Position numbers and translations under genes: made by a program
Shown: positions 16,975-27,333 of the stretch, in pieces
How positions within the stretch are numbered: position 1 is the stretch's first letter
How the letters are laid out: every line of letters begins with the position of its first letter
Notes under the pieces: generated by a model
The model's database searches: none
Seen by the model: the letters and a program-made list of their open reading frames with translations, nothing else
What the model was told of the DNA's origin: nothing
IMG/VR virus record: IMGVR_UViG_3300036760_000522
Coordinates: 124,001-188,000 of that record
DNA: 64,000 bases
Reading direction: 5' to 3' (one strand)

Positions 16975-19899
16975 TCAAGTCAGCACGTAGGTTCCGGGAC
17001 CCAATCCACGATCCGCCATCTTGTGGCCAAAACATACAGGGTCAATGGGTATGGGCTTTTCTAAAGGGTCGATCAGAACGTTGTCATGCTGGTCGACCAA
17101 ACACAAGAGCACATCCCCTCCAGGTTGTAGAGATCCTGCCACCGCCTCATAGGTCAACCTCACAGAAGCTTCTGTGAGGTACGTCTGGCACAGTACGAAC
17201 CGCGCAATCCTCTTTGAAGCTGGTTTTTGGATACCGTTAGTCGCGTTCTTTGGCAAGGGGTCTACCTGCGACGCCACACGAACTGTCGAGTCAGTGACAG
17301 CAGGCGGAGTGAAAGTCGTCGCAGTTGACGGAATCGTTGGGACCAGTGGCAGACCGACTGGTAGCCTATCAGGCAAAGCGTCTGGAGTCACGAACTCCAC
17401 CAGCCACTCTGGCACAGGGGTCTTCTTGGAAATCACCTTGTCCCAAGCGATCTTGCTGCCCCAGTTCAAGCCCAGTGAAACGTCGACAACCAAAGGGACT
17501 TTCCATCGCAGCATCTGACTCGGATGTTCCATGACCTCAATGACAACAGGAATCACCTCCATCAAATACTGATGCTTGATCTCGAACACGATTTCATCGT
17601 GCACTGTCAGGATCATGCGAACCCGGTCGTCTCCGAGTTGTTTCCAATTCTGATCGTAGTACCGATCCCAATTGTGCTTGCGAAACGCTTTGGTGAGAAG
17701 CACCAAAGCGACTTTCATGATATCTGCACCTGTTCCCTGCACGGGGTAGTTAACGGACTCGCGTTCGGCTGAGCCTTTTCTTGACCAGGCCTCTTTCTTG
17801 TCAATTACAGCTAGGCGTATTTTCTCTCCACAATTTGAACAAGGTTCTGTCTCAGCTTTCTTCGGAGTGAAACAGTGGCCACACCGTTGACACGAAAGAT
17901 CCCCCTCTTTGATGGCAGCACCAGGAACCTCAATCCAACGACGGAATGCCGAATAGACACCCTTGTTGGCTTTGACGAACGCATGTTGCTTCTTGATCCA
18001 TTGCGCTATCTTGGGCACTCCCGCTAGGAACTGCTCGATCCAGCGGGCAGCATCATGCTCCGCACATCCTGCGTTTCGTTGAACAGCCTTGATCCCACCT
18101 CCATACAAGATGCTGAAGTTAACGCGCTTGCCTTTGTCGCGCTCGACTTCGTCTTTCTTGGTGATGTGCGGACCGAAGATGTTTTTGGCTGTGATCGTAT
18201 GGATATCGCCAGTGCCGTTCAAGAACTCGTTGATCCACACATCCTCACCGGACAGGTTGGTAGAAATTCGAAGTTCTTGTCCTGAGTAGTCACACTTCAC
18301 CAAGGTGTAGCCGTCACGTGCAATGAATGCCCGACGCAACGAGTGTGCGACCTTGGGCTTTTTTGGATCGTCTCGAACAGGGATCCCCTGAATCGGGATT
18401 CCCGCGTAGCCGTCACTAGTATCACCTTGGGGTGCAGTAAATCGTCCTGTGATGGCCCCCAACTGATTGAACTTGTACCTCAGTTGGTCCTGGTCATCAC
18501 ACGTATCCAACATCCCCTGTAGATAGGTGCCCTTGATCTTGTCGATTTGCTTGTATTTGATGATGTCGGTCAGGACCTTAGAGGCCCCTGGGGCGTCACC
18601 GAGCTTCTCGAGTACCTTGGCGTTGGTCTCGTACTGCTGCTTAGCCTCTGTGAAATTCGGTTTCGGTTTTAGGTCAAGCCCTCTTTCCGAGAACAAGAAA
18701 TCTGACAGTTGCTTCGGCGATCCTGGGTTCAGTTCCGAAAACAACGTCTTGTCACGCGCTATCCCAACCTTTCGTATTTCCGTCAGTAACGTCGCTAGTT
18801 CGGCCTCAGCCTCAGTTAACAGTCTTTGGATTTCTGCGCGATCAATCTTGGAACGATTCCGCTCCATGACACGAACCACCTGTACAGTCTGTTTCTCCAG
18901 ACGGTGCGTGAACGTGTACTTGGACTCGACAACTGCGCTGACGACCTCCCGATAGTCATACTCCAGACCGGGCTGCGTGTGCTCCCAATCTGTCTTGCGG
19001 TGCTCGCAGAGTAATTCGGTACAAATAGCGTCCGAGCAGCCGTAGACAACGATGTCACTGTCGTCATCAGGGTAACGTGTGGCAATCTTGCGTTCTTTGC
19101 GGGATACATTGGGAGGAAACAGCTCGTTGTAATTGATCATCTCGTACGGGACGTACTCATTCGTCTCAGGATCCTTGACCTTGAGCCACCGTAGAGCGTT
19201 TTCCTTCAGTCCCAAGTCAGCATCAGAATGTACTGCGTAAATCGCAAGCTCCACGTCTTCAAAACTCGACGGGTGCCAGAAATCAATGCCTGTAACCGGA
19301 TACAGGAACTCCTGGTCGAACTTGGCACCGGCAAAATAGACGACGATCTTGCCGGGCTCTTGTATCGACTTCGAGCCCAACGGATCCTCAGCTAATCCTT
19401 CCGGAGTCAAGACTGGCTGAGACGCCCAACAAAGCCGTGCGATCTCTTGCTCTACAGACTCAACAGGAACGTTTGGGTCACGCTCCGCGTAATTGGCGTC
19501 ATAGTTGTGACGCACTGGTATGTAGTGTCCGTGACCGCGAACTGAAATGGCGTAACCGACAATCTGATGTTTGGTTCTCGGACGCCCATCGACGTAGTCA
19601 ATGCGGTTGTCGAACCCCTCCGTTTCGAGGTCCAAGGAACAACGACCGTGTGCCAGTGCACTATCCACCAAAGAACGAACTTCCTCGACTGTCTTCACCA
19701 AAGTGAAATGATGGAACTTCATCCACCGTTTACGTAGAGAAGTTTCTTTGACCTTGTCCGCAATATCGTTCTGCAACGCTAGAAATGCTTCAGCGTTACC
19801 GCTCACCGCAATAGGAACCGTTGACTTTTTCGGTTCTGATTTTTTGGGAGTTTCGACGAGGCCCAAAAAACTCAAGAGGTCGTCGTCTTCAGATGCCAT
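16975..19899 (-). CDS. polA: Family A DNA polymerase with 3'-5' exonuclease
   Basis: LDLETEG, AKFD, YGCSDA, ITGRF, CDYSGQELR, R...KRVNFSILYG, NYPVQGTGAD, TVHDEI. Confidence 0.95.
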   Translation of the reverse strand: MASEDDDLLSFLGLVETPKKSEPKKSTVPIAVSGNAEAFLALQNDIADKVKETSLRKRWMKFHHFTLVKTVEEVRSLVDSALAHGRCSLDLETEGFDNRIDYVDGRPRTKHQIVGYAISVRGHGHYIPVRHNYDANYAERDPNVPVESVEQEIARLCWASQPVLTPEGLAEDPLGSKSIQEPGKIVVYFAGAKFDQEFLYPVTGIDFWHPSSFEDVELAIYAVHSDADLGLKENALRWLKVKDPETNEYVPYEMINYNELFPPNVSRKERKIATRYPDDDSDIVVYGCSDAICTELLCEHRKTDWEHTQPGLEYDYREVVSAVVESKYTFTHRLEKQTVQVVRVMERNRSKIDRAEIQRLLTEAEAELATLLTEIRKVGIARDKTLFSELNPGSPKQLSDFLFSERGLDLKPKPNFTEAKQQYETNAKVLEKLGDAPGASKVLTDIIKYKQIDKIKGTYLQGMLDTCDDQDQLRYKFNQLGAITGRFTAPQGDTSDGYAGIPIQGIPVRDDPKKPKVAHSLRRAFIARDGYTLVKCDYSGQELRISTNLSGEDVWINEFLNGTGDIHTITAKNIFGPHITKKDEVERDKGKRVNFSILYGGGIKAVQRNAGCAEHDAARWIEQFLAGVPKIAQWIKKQHAFVKANKGVYSAFRRWIEVPGAAIKEGDLSCQRCGHCFTPKKAETEPCSNCGEKIRLAVIDKKEAWSRKGSAERESVNYPVQGTGADIMKVALVLLTKAFRKHNWDRYYDQNWKQLGDDRVRMILTVHDEIVFEIKHQYLMEVIPVVIEVMEHPSQMLRWKVPLVVDVSLGLNWGSKIAWDKVISKKTPVPEWLVEFVTPDALPDRLPVGLPLVPTIPSTATTFTPPAVTDSTVRVASQVDPLPKNATNGIQKPASKRIARFVLCQTYLTEASVRLTYEAVAGSLQPGGDVLLCLVDQHDNVLIDPLEKPIPIDPVCFGHKMADRGLGPGTYVLT

Positions 19900-20317
19900 C
19901 GCGTTCGATCACCAAAATGTAGACGTCTAGCTTCCAGAGGTCGAGAGCCCGCGTCAATGTCTCCTGCACGTCTCCTACAACACCGCCGGGCATGTAACAC
20001 GGAGGGCGTTGTCGATGCTCAGCTTGGCAACGCTTGTCGTGAAAAGGACAGGTTCGTTTTTGTGAGCACGTCTTTGCTTCAAGAGGTAGCTTTTTGAGCG
20101 ATCCAACTGGCGGCAGACCGAGTGCCTCTGACAAGGGTCGACTCCACCCCTGAAGAGCTTGTTCTAAGACTTCAAAATCAATCTTGGTGACCAAACCTTC
20201 GTAGGTAGTCCCACGCAATGAATCCCACTCTGTCTCCCAAATACCGTTGTGTGCTTGGACCAACAACGCTGAAATTTCGCCTCGCTCATGTGTCGGGATT
20301 TTGACTTGCCGGGCCAT
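19889..20317 (-). CDS. Hypothetical protein (Cys cluster)
   Basis: Overlaps both neighbours in the replication operon. Confidence 0.7.
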   Translation of the reverse strand: MARQVKIPTHERGEISALLVQAHNGIWETEWDSLRGTTYEGLVTKIDFEVLEQALQGWSRPLSEALGLPPVGSLKKLPLEAKTCSQKRTCPFHDKRCQAEHRQRPPCYMPGGVVGDVQETLTRALDLWKLDVYILVIERDGI

Positions 20318-20906
20318 GGCGAACTCTCTCACCGATCTTGTGCAGCAAAGCGTTGAGAGATTTTTTGGCTTCCTCGTAGCTCAAAGTCCCGTGTCGAACA
20401 GCGTAATCGATGCGATCCAATACGATGCCAGCAGCTGCGTAGCTCTTGAAGTTGTCGGTCCGAAGAAAATCGTCTCGCGTGCTACACAACCTAGTCTCTA
20501 CTTGCATCTGAAACTCTGACCACGACTCGTGTCGGCGATCAGAGACCTCTTTTACGGCATCGACACCTTCAGGAACTGGAGGTGTCGGGATCTGGTAGGC
20601 ACGCTCAATTTCCGAAAGGGTTTTCCCAAATGGCTGCTCTGAATCGTTGAACTTTCTCCAAAGAGCAATGACGTCCCAACGCTCTCGACAGACGAAACAC
20701 CAGGCTCCGCTGGGCCCCCCTGAAGACGTAAGATAGACTCGGGCACTCGGCTTCTCGTCCTTACCGTGAAAGGGACAAGAGATCTGCTCTTCCTTGTCGT
20801 GGCTTGAAAGCTTGATGCCGTGTTGGCGCAGAACGCTGTGCACAGACACTTGGTCATGAATTTTCGCAACCCGTTGTTTGTACCAAGCACGAAGTTCGTC
20901 ACTCAC
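20286..20906 (-). CDS. CHC2 zinc-finger protein (primase Zn-binding domain, no TOPRIM)
   Basis: CPFH.KDEKPSA...WCFVC...WDVI. Confidence 0.85.
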   Translation of the reverse strand: MSDELRAWYKQRVAKIHDQVSVHSVLRQHGIKLSSHDKEEQISCPFHGKDEKPSARVYLTSSGGPSGAWCFVCRERWDVIALWRKFNDSEQPFGKTLSEIERAYQIPTPPVPEGVDAVKEVSDRRHESWSEFQMQVETRLCSTRDDFLRTDNFKSYAAAGIVLDRIDYAVRHGTLSYEEAKKSLNALLHKIGERVRHGPASQNPDT

Positions 20907-23662
20907 AGTCCAGCCTCATTCAACAGTCGCAAATCCTCTTTGGTCAGCTCCTTGTTGTTGAAGGATTCCTGTCCTTCCAGGTTGCGCAACCTTCGAGCGT
21001 TCGCGAAGTCGACCTTCACCTTAATCTTGCTGAACAAGTCGTTGTCGCGGTTCTTAAGATTGCAAAAAATAGTCTCTCCTGCTGCCCGTAAGGAGTCGCA
21101 CAAATACGTCGTCGTCACGTAATCCGCGGAGCGTTCTGCCTCATTGGCATAAGACAAATTGCTGAACCGATACACACCCTCCTTCTCGGTCCCTTCCTGC
21201 TTGTCCGCTGCGTCTTTGCCCTGACGGTTGATCTGGTGCAACAACAAAACCGGTAAGCCAGTCCCCCCATTGAAATGTAGGGCAAGGAGCTTAGCGTCAA
21301 CAATTACTGTGTTGTGCTCAACAGTGTAGTCCTTGTGTGCCCGAGCAGCTTTGACAAGACCACTATGATCGACGACCAGTAGCCCAACATCCATCGATCG
21401 ATGAACGGACTCCGCATACACACGAATGTCATCGACACCGACTTTGCGATCAGGTGAATAGACCCGAATCTTGTGGTATTCAGGATTGTTCTCGAGATCG
21501 TGTAGGGCTTCTTTGTAGAAGGCTTCTTCCTCCCTAGTCAAGTCTCCGTCACGTACCTTGCGATAGTCCAAGGGTTGTCGACCCTGAGCTGTGAACTTCC
21601 CGTTGGATGTGTGCATCACAGCCAGTAGACGTCGCAAATGCTCGTACCGCATTTCGAGGCTGACGTACAGGCTGTGTGTGCGATAGCGTGTCGCCAGGTT
21701 GTAACACCAATTGATCGCAAAACTCGAATTGTGAGTGATAATGTCATTCGCTACGAAAGTGCGGTGCACAGGCACTGATAGGTCATAGGTCATTTCAACG
21801 CCCATTGAATTAACACTCTTGACACAATCCCAGTAAATATCGCCTGTGCTCACGCCAAATTTTTCAGCGACATCCGAGGTAACCGTGGGATTGTTTCTCG
21901 AGGCTGTACGAGCATACCTCCAATGTCCATTGATCTTAATGCGACGTCCATCTGGCAATAGACTAGAAGGCACAGGAGTCGAGTCTATTTTAGGTAGACG
22001 CGAAAGGAGTCGAGAAAATTTAGCCTCTTTGCCTACAATCCGAACTTTTTCACAGAACAACCGTTTGCTTGGATTGGTGACTATTCGGACAGTCCAGAAA
22101 CGATATGGGCGGTCCTCTACCTTTGTATTAACGAAAGTAACCGTTGATTTTATACCTAGACGTAGCAGCAGAGACTGTATGTCCTCACAAAGCTCTCTAC
22201 ACACGGACGAATAGGTGATGATGTGACTGGACTGCTTAGCACCTGTTCCGTCTTTGTTGATTCGATCCTTTCGAACGTAGTCGTCGGTGCAACAGGATCC
22301 GTTTGTTGACCACAAGGCTCCCAACAGAGCCGCGACAAGATCCTCGCTCATTCCAAAAAACTCACTTGGAATCCGCTTGTTGTAAGAGTCCGTCCCGTAA
22401 AGACCGAGCTGCTCTAAAAGAAGCCGAAGTGGAGAAACCGTACGATGCCACCGATCACCTAAACCGTGAGCAACTCGAACATACGGAACACGTTGGCCGC
22501 CCTGAGGAACATTTAGAGAAAACCAAGGATTTTCATAGTCGGGCTCTCCTTCTATGTAACCAAGGTCTCTCAAACAAGTAACGAAATCACACAAAATGGG
22601 CCCGTCTTGTTGTGTGAAGTTGATGCATTGTCCGATCGCACCGTCCCCGATGAGATAGCCAACCAATTTGACCTCTGAGAGCGAGTACGGTCGTGCCCCC
22701 ACAGCCCTCATGACTTTGGGGGTCGCTACAAAGTCCCCTTCCTTCAATGACGACAACGACTCCCATCCGAAAGGAGTGAGAAATTTGTGATTGGAGGTGG
22801 CACCTATACGCCGGCCTGACACAAGTAACAGTTCAAATATTTCACGTCTTCCGTTCTGAACTAGATGTGAAGCCGGAGTTTGTACAAGTACTGGGCTTGC
22901 CCCTTCATTTTGGATCGCTGACACTACCGGCAAGTCGCCGCAGGCGTACAGCTCTGACAGGCGCCGACGTCGTTGGGTGCGGTGGTCAAATACTGTAGTG
23001 TCTCCTGCTAGGCATTTCAACTCTCCTGTCGCGGCAGCGTGAACCCACAGTTCTCCTTTCTTGATGCCATGGCACGTTTTGTCAATATGATCAATGCCTG
23101 TGAACTTCCCATAAGCCTTGTCTTTCTGTGACTTGGCATCTTGGTACTCTGTCCACACACGTTCCGTATCGTGTACGATGTCCCCTTCAATTTGAATGTT
23201 GTGGTCTCGAGGAACCTCCTCGTAGACGTGTTGGTTGAAGTACTGTAGCGCGTGTGTGACGCCTTTCAGCTGTGTCTTGCCTTCGACACGTCCCCTCGTG
23301 ATGATCTCTTCGACGTCACGTAGCAGTTTTCGAACCTTGTTCTGGGCCTGTTCCTCACGTAGCGTTCTGAGTAGCGTGCCGTAGTTACTACGAGTGTAGG
23401 CTTCGACTGTTTTGATGTCGGCAAGTTTTTCGACAACCGTTATTTCGTTATTTCGTTCGAAGTAATCTCGAATCGACGCCCAGTCCGGAGGTTCCAGATT
23501 CTGTTGAACGTACTCCTGTACGTAGGTCCAGATCTTGGTTTCATCAGGGTTGTGCCACTCAAACCCTGATCTCAATAGACGACGATAGTTGCCGTCTATT
23601 TGCTCAATCGTGAGCTTAGCATCCCCAAAATCGATGATGCCCCGTAAAAGCCGTTTGGACAT
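20903..23662 (-). CDS. dnaB: DnaB-like replicative helicase with intein
   Basis: Walker A AAATGELK|SS split by the intein; SLEM, VVDH, HQINR, AERSAD, LKNR. Confidence 0.92.
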   Translation of the reverse strand: MSKRLLRGIIDFGDAKLTIEQIDGNYRRLLRSGFEWHNPDETKIWTYVQEYVQQNLEPPDWASIRDYFERNNEITVVEKLADIKTVEAYTRSNYGTLLRTLREEQAQNKVRKLLRDVEEIITRGRVEGKTQLKGVTHALQYFNQHVYEEVPRDHNIQIEGDIVHDTERVWTEYQDAKSQKDKAYGKFTGIDHIDKTCHGIKKGELWVHAAATGELKCLAGDTTVFDHRTQRRRRLSELYACGDLPVVSAIQNEGASPVLVQTPASHLVQNGRREIFELLLVSGRRIGATSNHKFLTPFGWESLSSLKEGDFVATPKVMRAVGARPYSLSEVKLVGYLIGDGAIGQCINFTQQDGPILCDFVTCLRDLGYIEGEPDYENPWFSLNVPQGGQRVPYVRVAHGLGDRWHRTVSPLRLLLEQLGLYGTDSYNKRIPSEFFGMSEDLVAALLGALWSTNGSCCTDDYVRKDRINKDGTGAKQSSHIITYSSVCRELCEDIQSLLLRLGIKSTVTFVNTKVEDRPYRFWTVRIVTNPSKRLFCEKVRIVGKEAKFSRLLSRLPKIDSTPVPSSLLPDGRRIKINGHWRYARTASRNNPTVTSDVAEKFGVSTGDIYWDCVKSVNSMGVEMTYDLSVPVHRTFVANDIITHNSSFAINWCYNLATRYRTHSLYVSLEMRYEHLRRLLAVMHTSNGKFTAQGRQPLDYRKVRDGDLTREEEAFYKEALHDLENNPEYHKIRVYSPDRKVGVDDIRVYAESVHRSMDVGLLVVDHSGLVKAARAHKDYTVEHNTVIVDAKLLALHFNGGTGLPVLLLHQINRQGKDAADKQEGTEKEGVYRFSNLSYANEAERSADYVTTTYLCDSLRAAGETIFCNLKNRDNDLFSKIKVKVDFANARRLRNLEGQESFNNKELTKEDLRLLNEAGL
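21728..23014 (-). mobile_element. Intein (429 aa) with LAGLIDADG homing endonuclease, inserted in the DnaB P-loop
   Basis: K|CLAGDT start and TYDLSVPVHRTFVANDIITHN|S end; endonuclease motifs LVGYLIGDG and LLGALWSTNG. Confidence 0.93.
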
Positions 23663-23668
23663 GGTGGA

Positions 23669-24538
23669 TCAACGTCGGTATTTATGACGTTTCGAACCTC
23701 CGCCCAACATAACGTCCAACCTGTCGCTCTCGTCAGAGGGTTCGCCAAAACTACCTTGAGCCGTTTCCGGTACGAAAGACGAATGTTCAACCGGCGCAGT
23801 CTCCACATCCACAAACAAGTCTTCCGAGGTCTCCGGTGAATCAAGCCCGATATCCCCCGACGCGACTTCCACACCCAATTCAGAAGTCAAATGCACCTCT
23901 TCGTAACGAGACTCAATGTAGGACTCCACCTCAGTACTGTGTGAATGCTTCCACACGTAAGCCGGGTCACAGGACTCAAATACCCACGTAGGCTGATTGT
24001 CTGTTTCACGGATTTTGAGAGCCTCTTCTAGGACACCGCTCGCGGCCACGTTCTTCCAACCAAGATGTCCTAGCCGAAGAATGACCAAACCGAATTCCTG
24101 TCCTACCAACTCTCGGATCACGTTATGTGTTTCACGCTGATCACGCTTTGAAACGGCCGTCGACCTGTAGGCTTCTCCTCCGACGAACACGTCACGCAAA
24201 CGGCCGTCGTCAACTACCTTGAAAGTCAGTGTCGGATGACAAACCAACACTAACTTGAGATGAGGAAGGAATTCGGACCAAGTTGTGCCTCGGATACGAA
24301 CGTTTTTTGTTGTGCAGTCGACCTCAGATGTTGTGGACTCGTCTTTACGTGGCCGATAGAATGGACTCTCCAAAATATTAGCAGCAGAGGCTATTTCAGA
24401 GCCCAAACGCCGATGGATGGAATCAACAGCGTCACGGACACAGATGTTCGGGCAGCGACGTACTGTGATGTCGTTGACCGAGATTTCCCCGTCCTTACAC
24501 CCATCATAAGGCGTCAAGCCACAACGATCGCAAGACAA
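23669..24538 (-). CDS. Putative helicase loader-like protein (degenerate DnaC-type)
   Basis: N-terminal Cys cluster; LVILRLG and LEEALKIRE...PTW segments; immediately upstream of dnaB. Confidence 0.5.
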   Translation of the reverse strand: MSCDRCGLTPYDGCKDGEISVNDITVRRCPNICVRDAVDSIHRRLGSEIASAANILESPFYRPRKDESTTSEVDCTTKNVRIRGTTWSEFLPHLKLVLVCHPTLTFKVVDDGRLRDVFVGGEAYRSTAVSKRDQRETHNVIRELVGQEFGLVILRLGHLGWKNVAASGVLEEALKIRETDNQPTWVFESCDPAYVWKHSHSTEVESYIESRYEEVHLTSELGVEVASGDIGLDSPETSEDLFVDVETAPVEHSSFVPETAQGSFGEPSDESDRLDVMLGGGSKRHKYRR

Positions 24539-26671
24539 CTAGACTTCTCCCCTCACGACCTTCTGTGACTCTCTCATCAGACGGAATAAGTCGCGGGTAC
24601 TGCCATCTTTGTCCTTCTCCAGTTCGATCGCTCCCACTTTGTCTGCCGACAGAACTTGTTCGATCAAGCGCTTCTTCTTTCGCAACAAGGTCAGTACGTG
24701 ATGGTCGATCGTCTTCCTGGCTTTGCCCTCACCGTCCAGCTCAGCCAAGAACAAGTACACTAAGACACCGCGGTGAGGGGATCCGATCCGGACCATGCGT
24801 CCTAGGATCTGAACGAAGTCCCCCCACGACCACGGCATGTCGAAGTAAATGAGAGCTGCCCCAGCTTGCAGGTTGATGGCTTCAGAACCCGCGTTCGTGA
24901 TCACGACAACACGCACGTCGGACTTCAGGTCTTGAAACGCAGCTTGCGCCTCATCACGCTGTCGTGTGTTTTCAGCCCCTGTGATTTTTACGGCCCTGAT
25001 TTTGTGCTTTGCTAAGATCTCACACAACCGCGTGGTGTGGCTCGCGAAACGCGTGTAGACGATGACCTTGGCCCCATCCAACTCATCCGTCAAAAGATCG
25101 ATCAGAGCGGCTTCCTTGCTGCTCAAACTGCCAACCTTAGCGGTGTCCCCGCTCAAAACATCGCTGAAATCTCCTACGTCGTCGCCTTCTTGAAACTTCA
25201 GCAGTGCGAGGGAGTTCACAACCTGTTGACAGTAAATGAGGCTGGTCAAAGCCTTGGTCTCACTGAAGGACTTCAAATCGCCGTCGCCAAGTTCAATCAA
25301 GCCTCGCAACGCCTCCTGGTACTTGATCCGTTCAGCGCGATTGAGCTCGATCAAAAACTCCCGAGTAGTGAGGACAGGAAGGTCAGTCGTGACCGTATGC
25401 TTAGCCCGACCGAGGTAGACAGGTTCGATCGTCCGTCGAAACTGGTCTAGATTCTTGTAACCCTTGATGATTGGGATCTTTCTACCACGCTGCACCTCCA
25501 ACAACTCGACGTAACAGAAGTCCTTCATGAAACCGGTCTTCGTGCGGAATAAAGTAGGCACGATGACCTTGTAAATACCGTACCCCTCGAAGAGGCGATT
25601 TTTGAGCAAGGTTGCGGTGAGGCCGTACACACGATCAGCTGACTGCGCAGCGTATCGGCAAATCTCCCACGTCTTCGTGCGGGTCTCCTTGAATGCTGTG
25701 CACTCGTCGTAAATGAGGACAAGGTTCGGACCGGAAGACTTGAAAAGTCGATCGAGCATTCCTGGTATCACAGGTTGCTTGGGATCGGGGCGTGCCGTAC
25801 CAGGCAACAGCGGCCGATAGCCGTCGTAGTTCCAGTCGATGATCAGTGTCTTGTAACTCAAGATGAGAACAGATCGGTCCGTCCGAAACCATTCTTCGTA
25901 AACTAGGCGGCGCGCTTCAGCCGGTGGCTTGTCTTTGATCTTTTGATCCGCGACGACGAAGGACTTGACACCTTGTGTGAATTTGGCGATCTCACTCGCC
26001 CACTGGCGAAGCGCACTCTTCGGTGCGACGACCACGACTTTTGTATTTGGGTGCTTCCCCCACAGATAACAAAGTGTCGCTAAAGTTTCAAACGTCTTCC
26101 CGATCCCAGTATCATCACCAAGCACCATGCGCTTCATCGCGAGCATGGTGAGGATAGCTTGGATCTGGTAGTACCGGATCTGAAGCGGTGTCAACTCTCC
26201 GTCGAGTCCTCGAATCTCCGTTTTCAACAGAGGCGTCGGCGGCAATGGCTTCAAGTCTTTTCGAGACCTGATAACCCGCAGCTTCTCCAGCAACGGGTTC
26301 GATTTAGTCGGGGCCTCCATCAGTCGTTGAGGTTTCTGTACTCGATCCCCCAAGAAATTGATCTTGGCGTGCTCAATCCCCTTCTTCATACCTTCAGTGA
26401 CTCCGTAGTCCGTGTAGCCAGCTACCATATCCGCAACTTCATAGAACACCAAACCGACCTCTATCCCGAGTCGGCGTTCCTCAAGTACACGATCATCTAA
26501 CGCTCCAGGGTACATCCGATGCGAAGCAAACGGTGCTTCTCCACGGAGAAGCGAATCGCGTATGGCCAGCTGCAAGTAGTTCTTGTTACGTGCAAGCTCC
26601 TTTAGTGTCGCGAGACCGTTCGGTCCAGAACCTGAACCGTAAGGTGACTCAATGATCACGATCGGTTTCAC
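24539..26671 (-). CDS. SNF2-family helicase with an extra N-terminal alpha/beta domain
   Basis: GDDTGIGKT, DECT, TAT, SEAINLQ, QILGRMVRIG; N-terminal IIESPY...GEAPFASH domain. Confidence 0.9.
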   Translation of the reverse strand: MKPIVIIESPYGSGSGPNGLATLKELARNKNYLQLAIRDSLLRGEAPFASHRMYPGALDDRVLEERRLGIEVGLVFYEVADMVAGYTDYGVTEGMKKGIEHAKINFLGDRVQKPQRLMEAPTKSNPLLEKLRVIRSRKDLKPLPPTPLLKTEIRGLDGELTPLQIRYYQIQAILTMLAMKRMVLGDDTGIGKTFETLATLCYLWGKHPNTKVVVVAPKSALRQWASEIAKFTQGVKSFVVADQKIKDKPPAEARRLVYEEWFRTDRSVLILSYKTLIIDWNYDGYRPLLPGTARPDPKQPVIPGMLDRLFKSSGPNLVLIYDECTAFKETRTKTWEICRYAAQSADRVYGLTATLLKNRLFEGYGIYKVIVPTLFRTKTGFMKDFCYVELLEVQRGRKIPIIKGYKNLDQFRRTIEPVYLGRAKHTVTTDLPVLTTREFLIELNRAERIKYQEALRGLIELGDGDLKSFSETKALTSLIYCQQVVNSLALLKFQEGDDVGDFSDVLSGDTAKVGSLSSKEAALIDLLTDELDGAKVIVYTRFASHTTRLCEILAKHKIRAVKITGAENTRQRDEAQAAFQDLKSDVRVVVITNAGSEAINLQAGAALIYFDMPWSWGDFVQILGRMVRIGSPHRGVLVYLFLAELDGEGKARKTIDHHVLTLLRKKKRLIEQVLSADKVGAIELEKDKDGSTRDLFRLMRESQKVVRGEV

Positions 26672-26685
26672 AAGGTCGCCGAAGG

Positions 26686-27297
26686 TCAGAAAAATGCGAA
26701 CCAGAGGGCTGCTTCAGGATTGTGTTTCGCTGTCCAGCCGTAGGCGTAGCCTGCGTAGACACCAAAGTTCTTGACCAGATCTACACCAAGGCCCAGACCA
26801 ACAGCCCGAAACCCAACATGCGCATTGAGATTGAAATCACGAACGTAAAACATATCGATCATGGCGCCTGCGTCCCAGGCATCCCGAAACCTGCGGCCTT
26901 CTTGGAAGGGCTCAGCAAGCAACGCGCCCAAGTACGCTTTGGGACGAAACCGAAACCCAACCCAGGGCGGCTCCTGTACGGCAGCAACGACATTGAGTTT
27001 TCCTTGGGCCTCGATGTCGTACACACACCACTTAATTCGTAGCTTGTACGGCTGAGGCCCCTTCGTCGAGTAGAAAATCCGACCTGCTCGGTCCACTGTG
27101 ATAATCACAGGGTCGAGTTCAAAAGTTGGAACGGTTTGACTGAGACACTGCTTCTCACGAACGATCTCAATCATCGCGTGCAAATCTGGCTCCGCGACAC
27201 AAGTTGAACCCGCGTCGCATTCAGCGCCGTACGACGCTCGTACGAATCCGAACGCCAACAAAAAAGACAATGTGCGAATCAACATCCAGGCCTCCAC
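26686..27297 (-). CDS. Secreted or outer-membrane protein (candidate lysis accessory)
   Basis: Signal peptide, C-terminal amphipathic beta-strands, terminal Phe. Confidence 0.6.
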   Translation of the reverse strand: MEAWMLIRTLSFLLAFGFVRASYGAECDAGSTCVAEPDLHAMIEIVREKQCLSQTVPTFELDPVIITVDRAGRIFYSTKGPQPYKLRIKWCVYDIEAQGKLNVVAAVQEPPWVGFRFRPKAYLGALLAEPFQEGRRFRDAWDAGAMIDMFYVRDFNLNAHVGFRAVGLGLGVDLVKNFGVYAGYAYGWTAKHNPEAALWFAFF

Positions 27298-27333
27298 CTA
27301 GGATGGGGATCACAACACCGAACGCGATGAGCG

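Noticed and set aside
17820-17900. Mini-intein in PolA
   Set aside because: It is too short and lacks His-Asn/nucleophile splice junctions.
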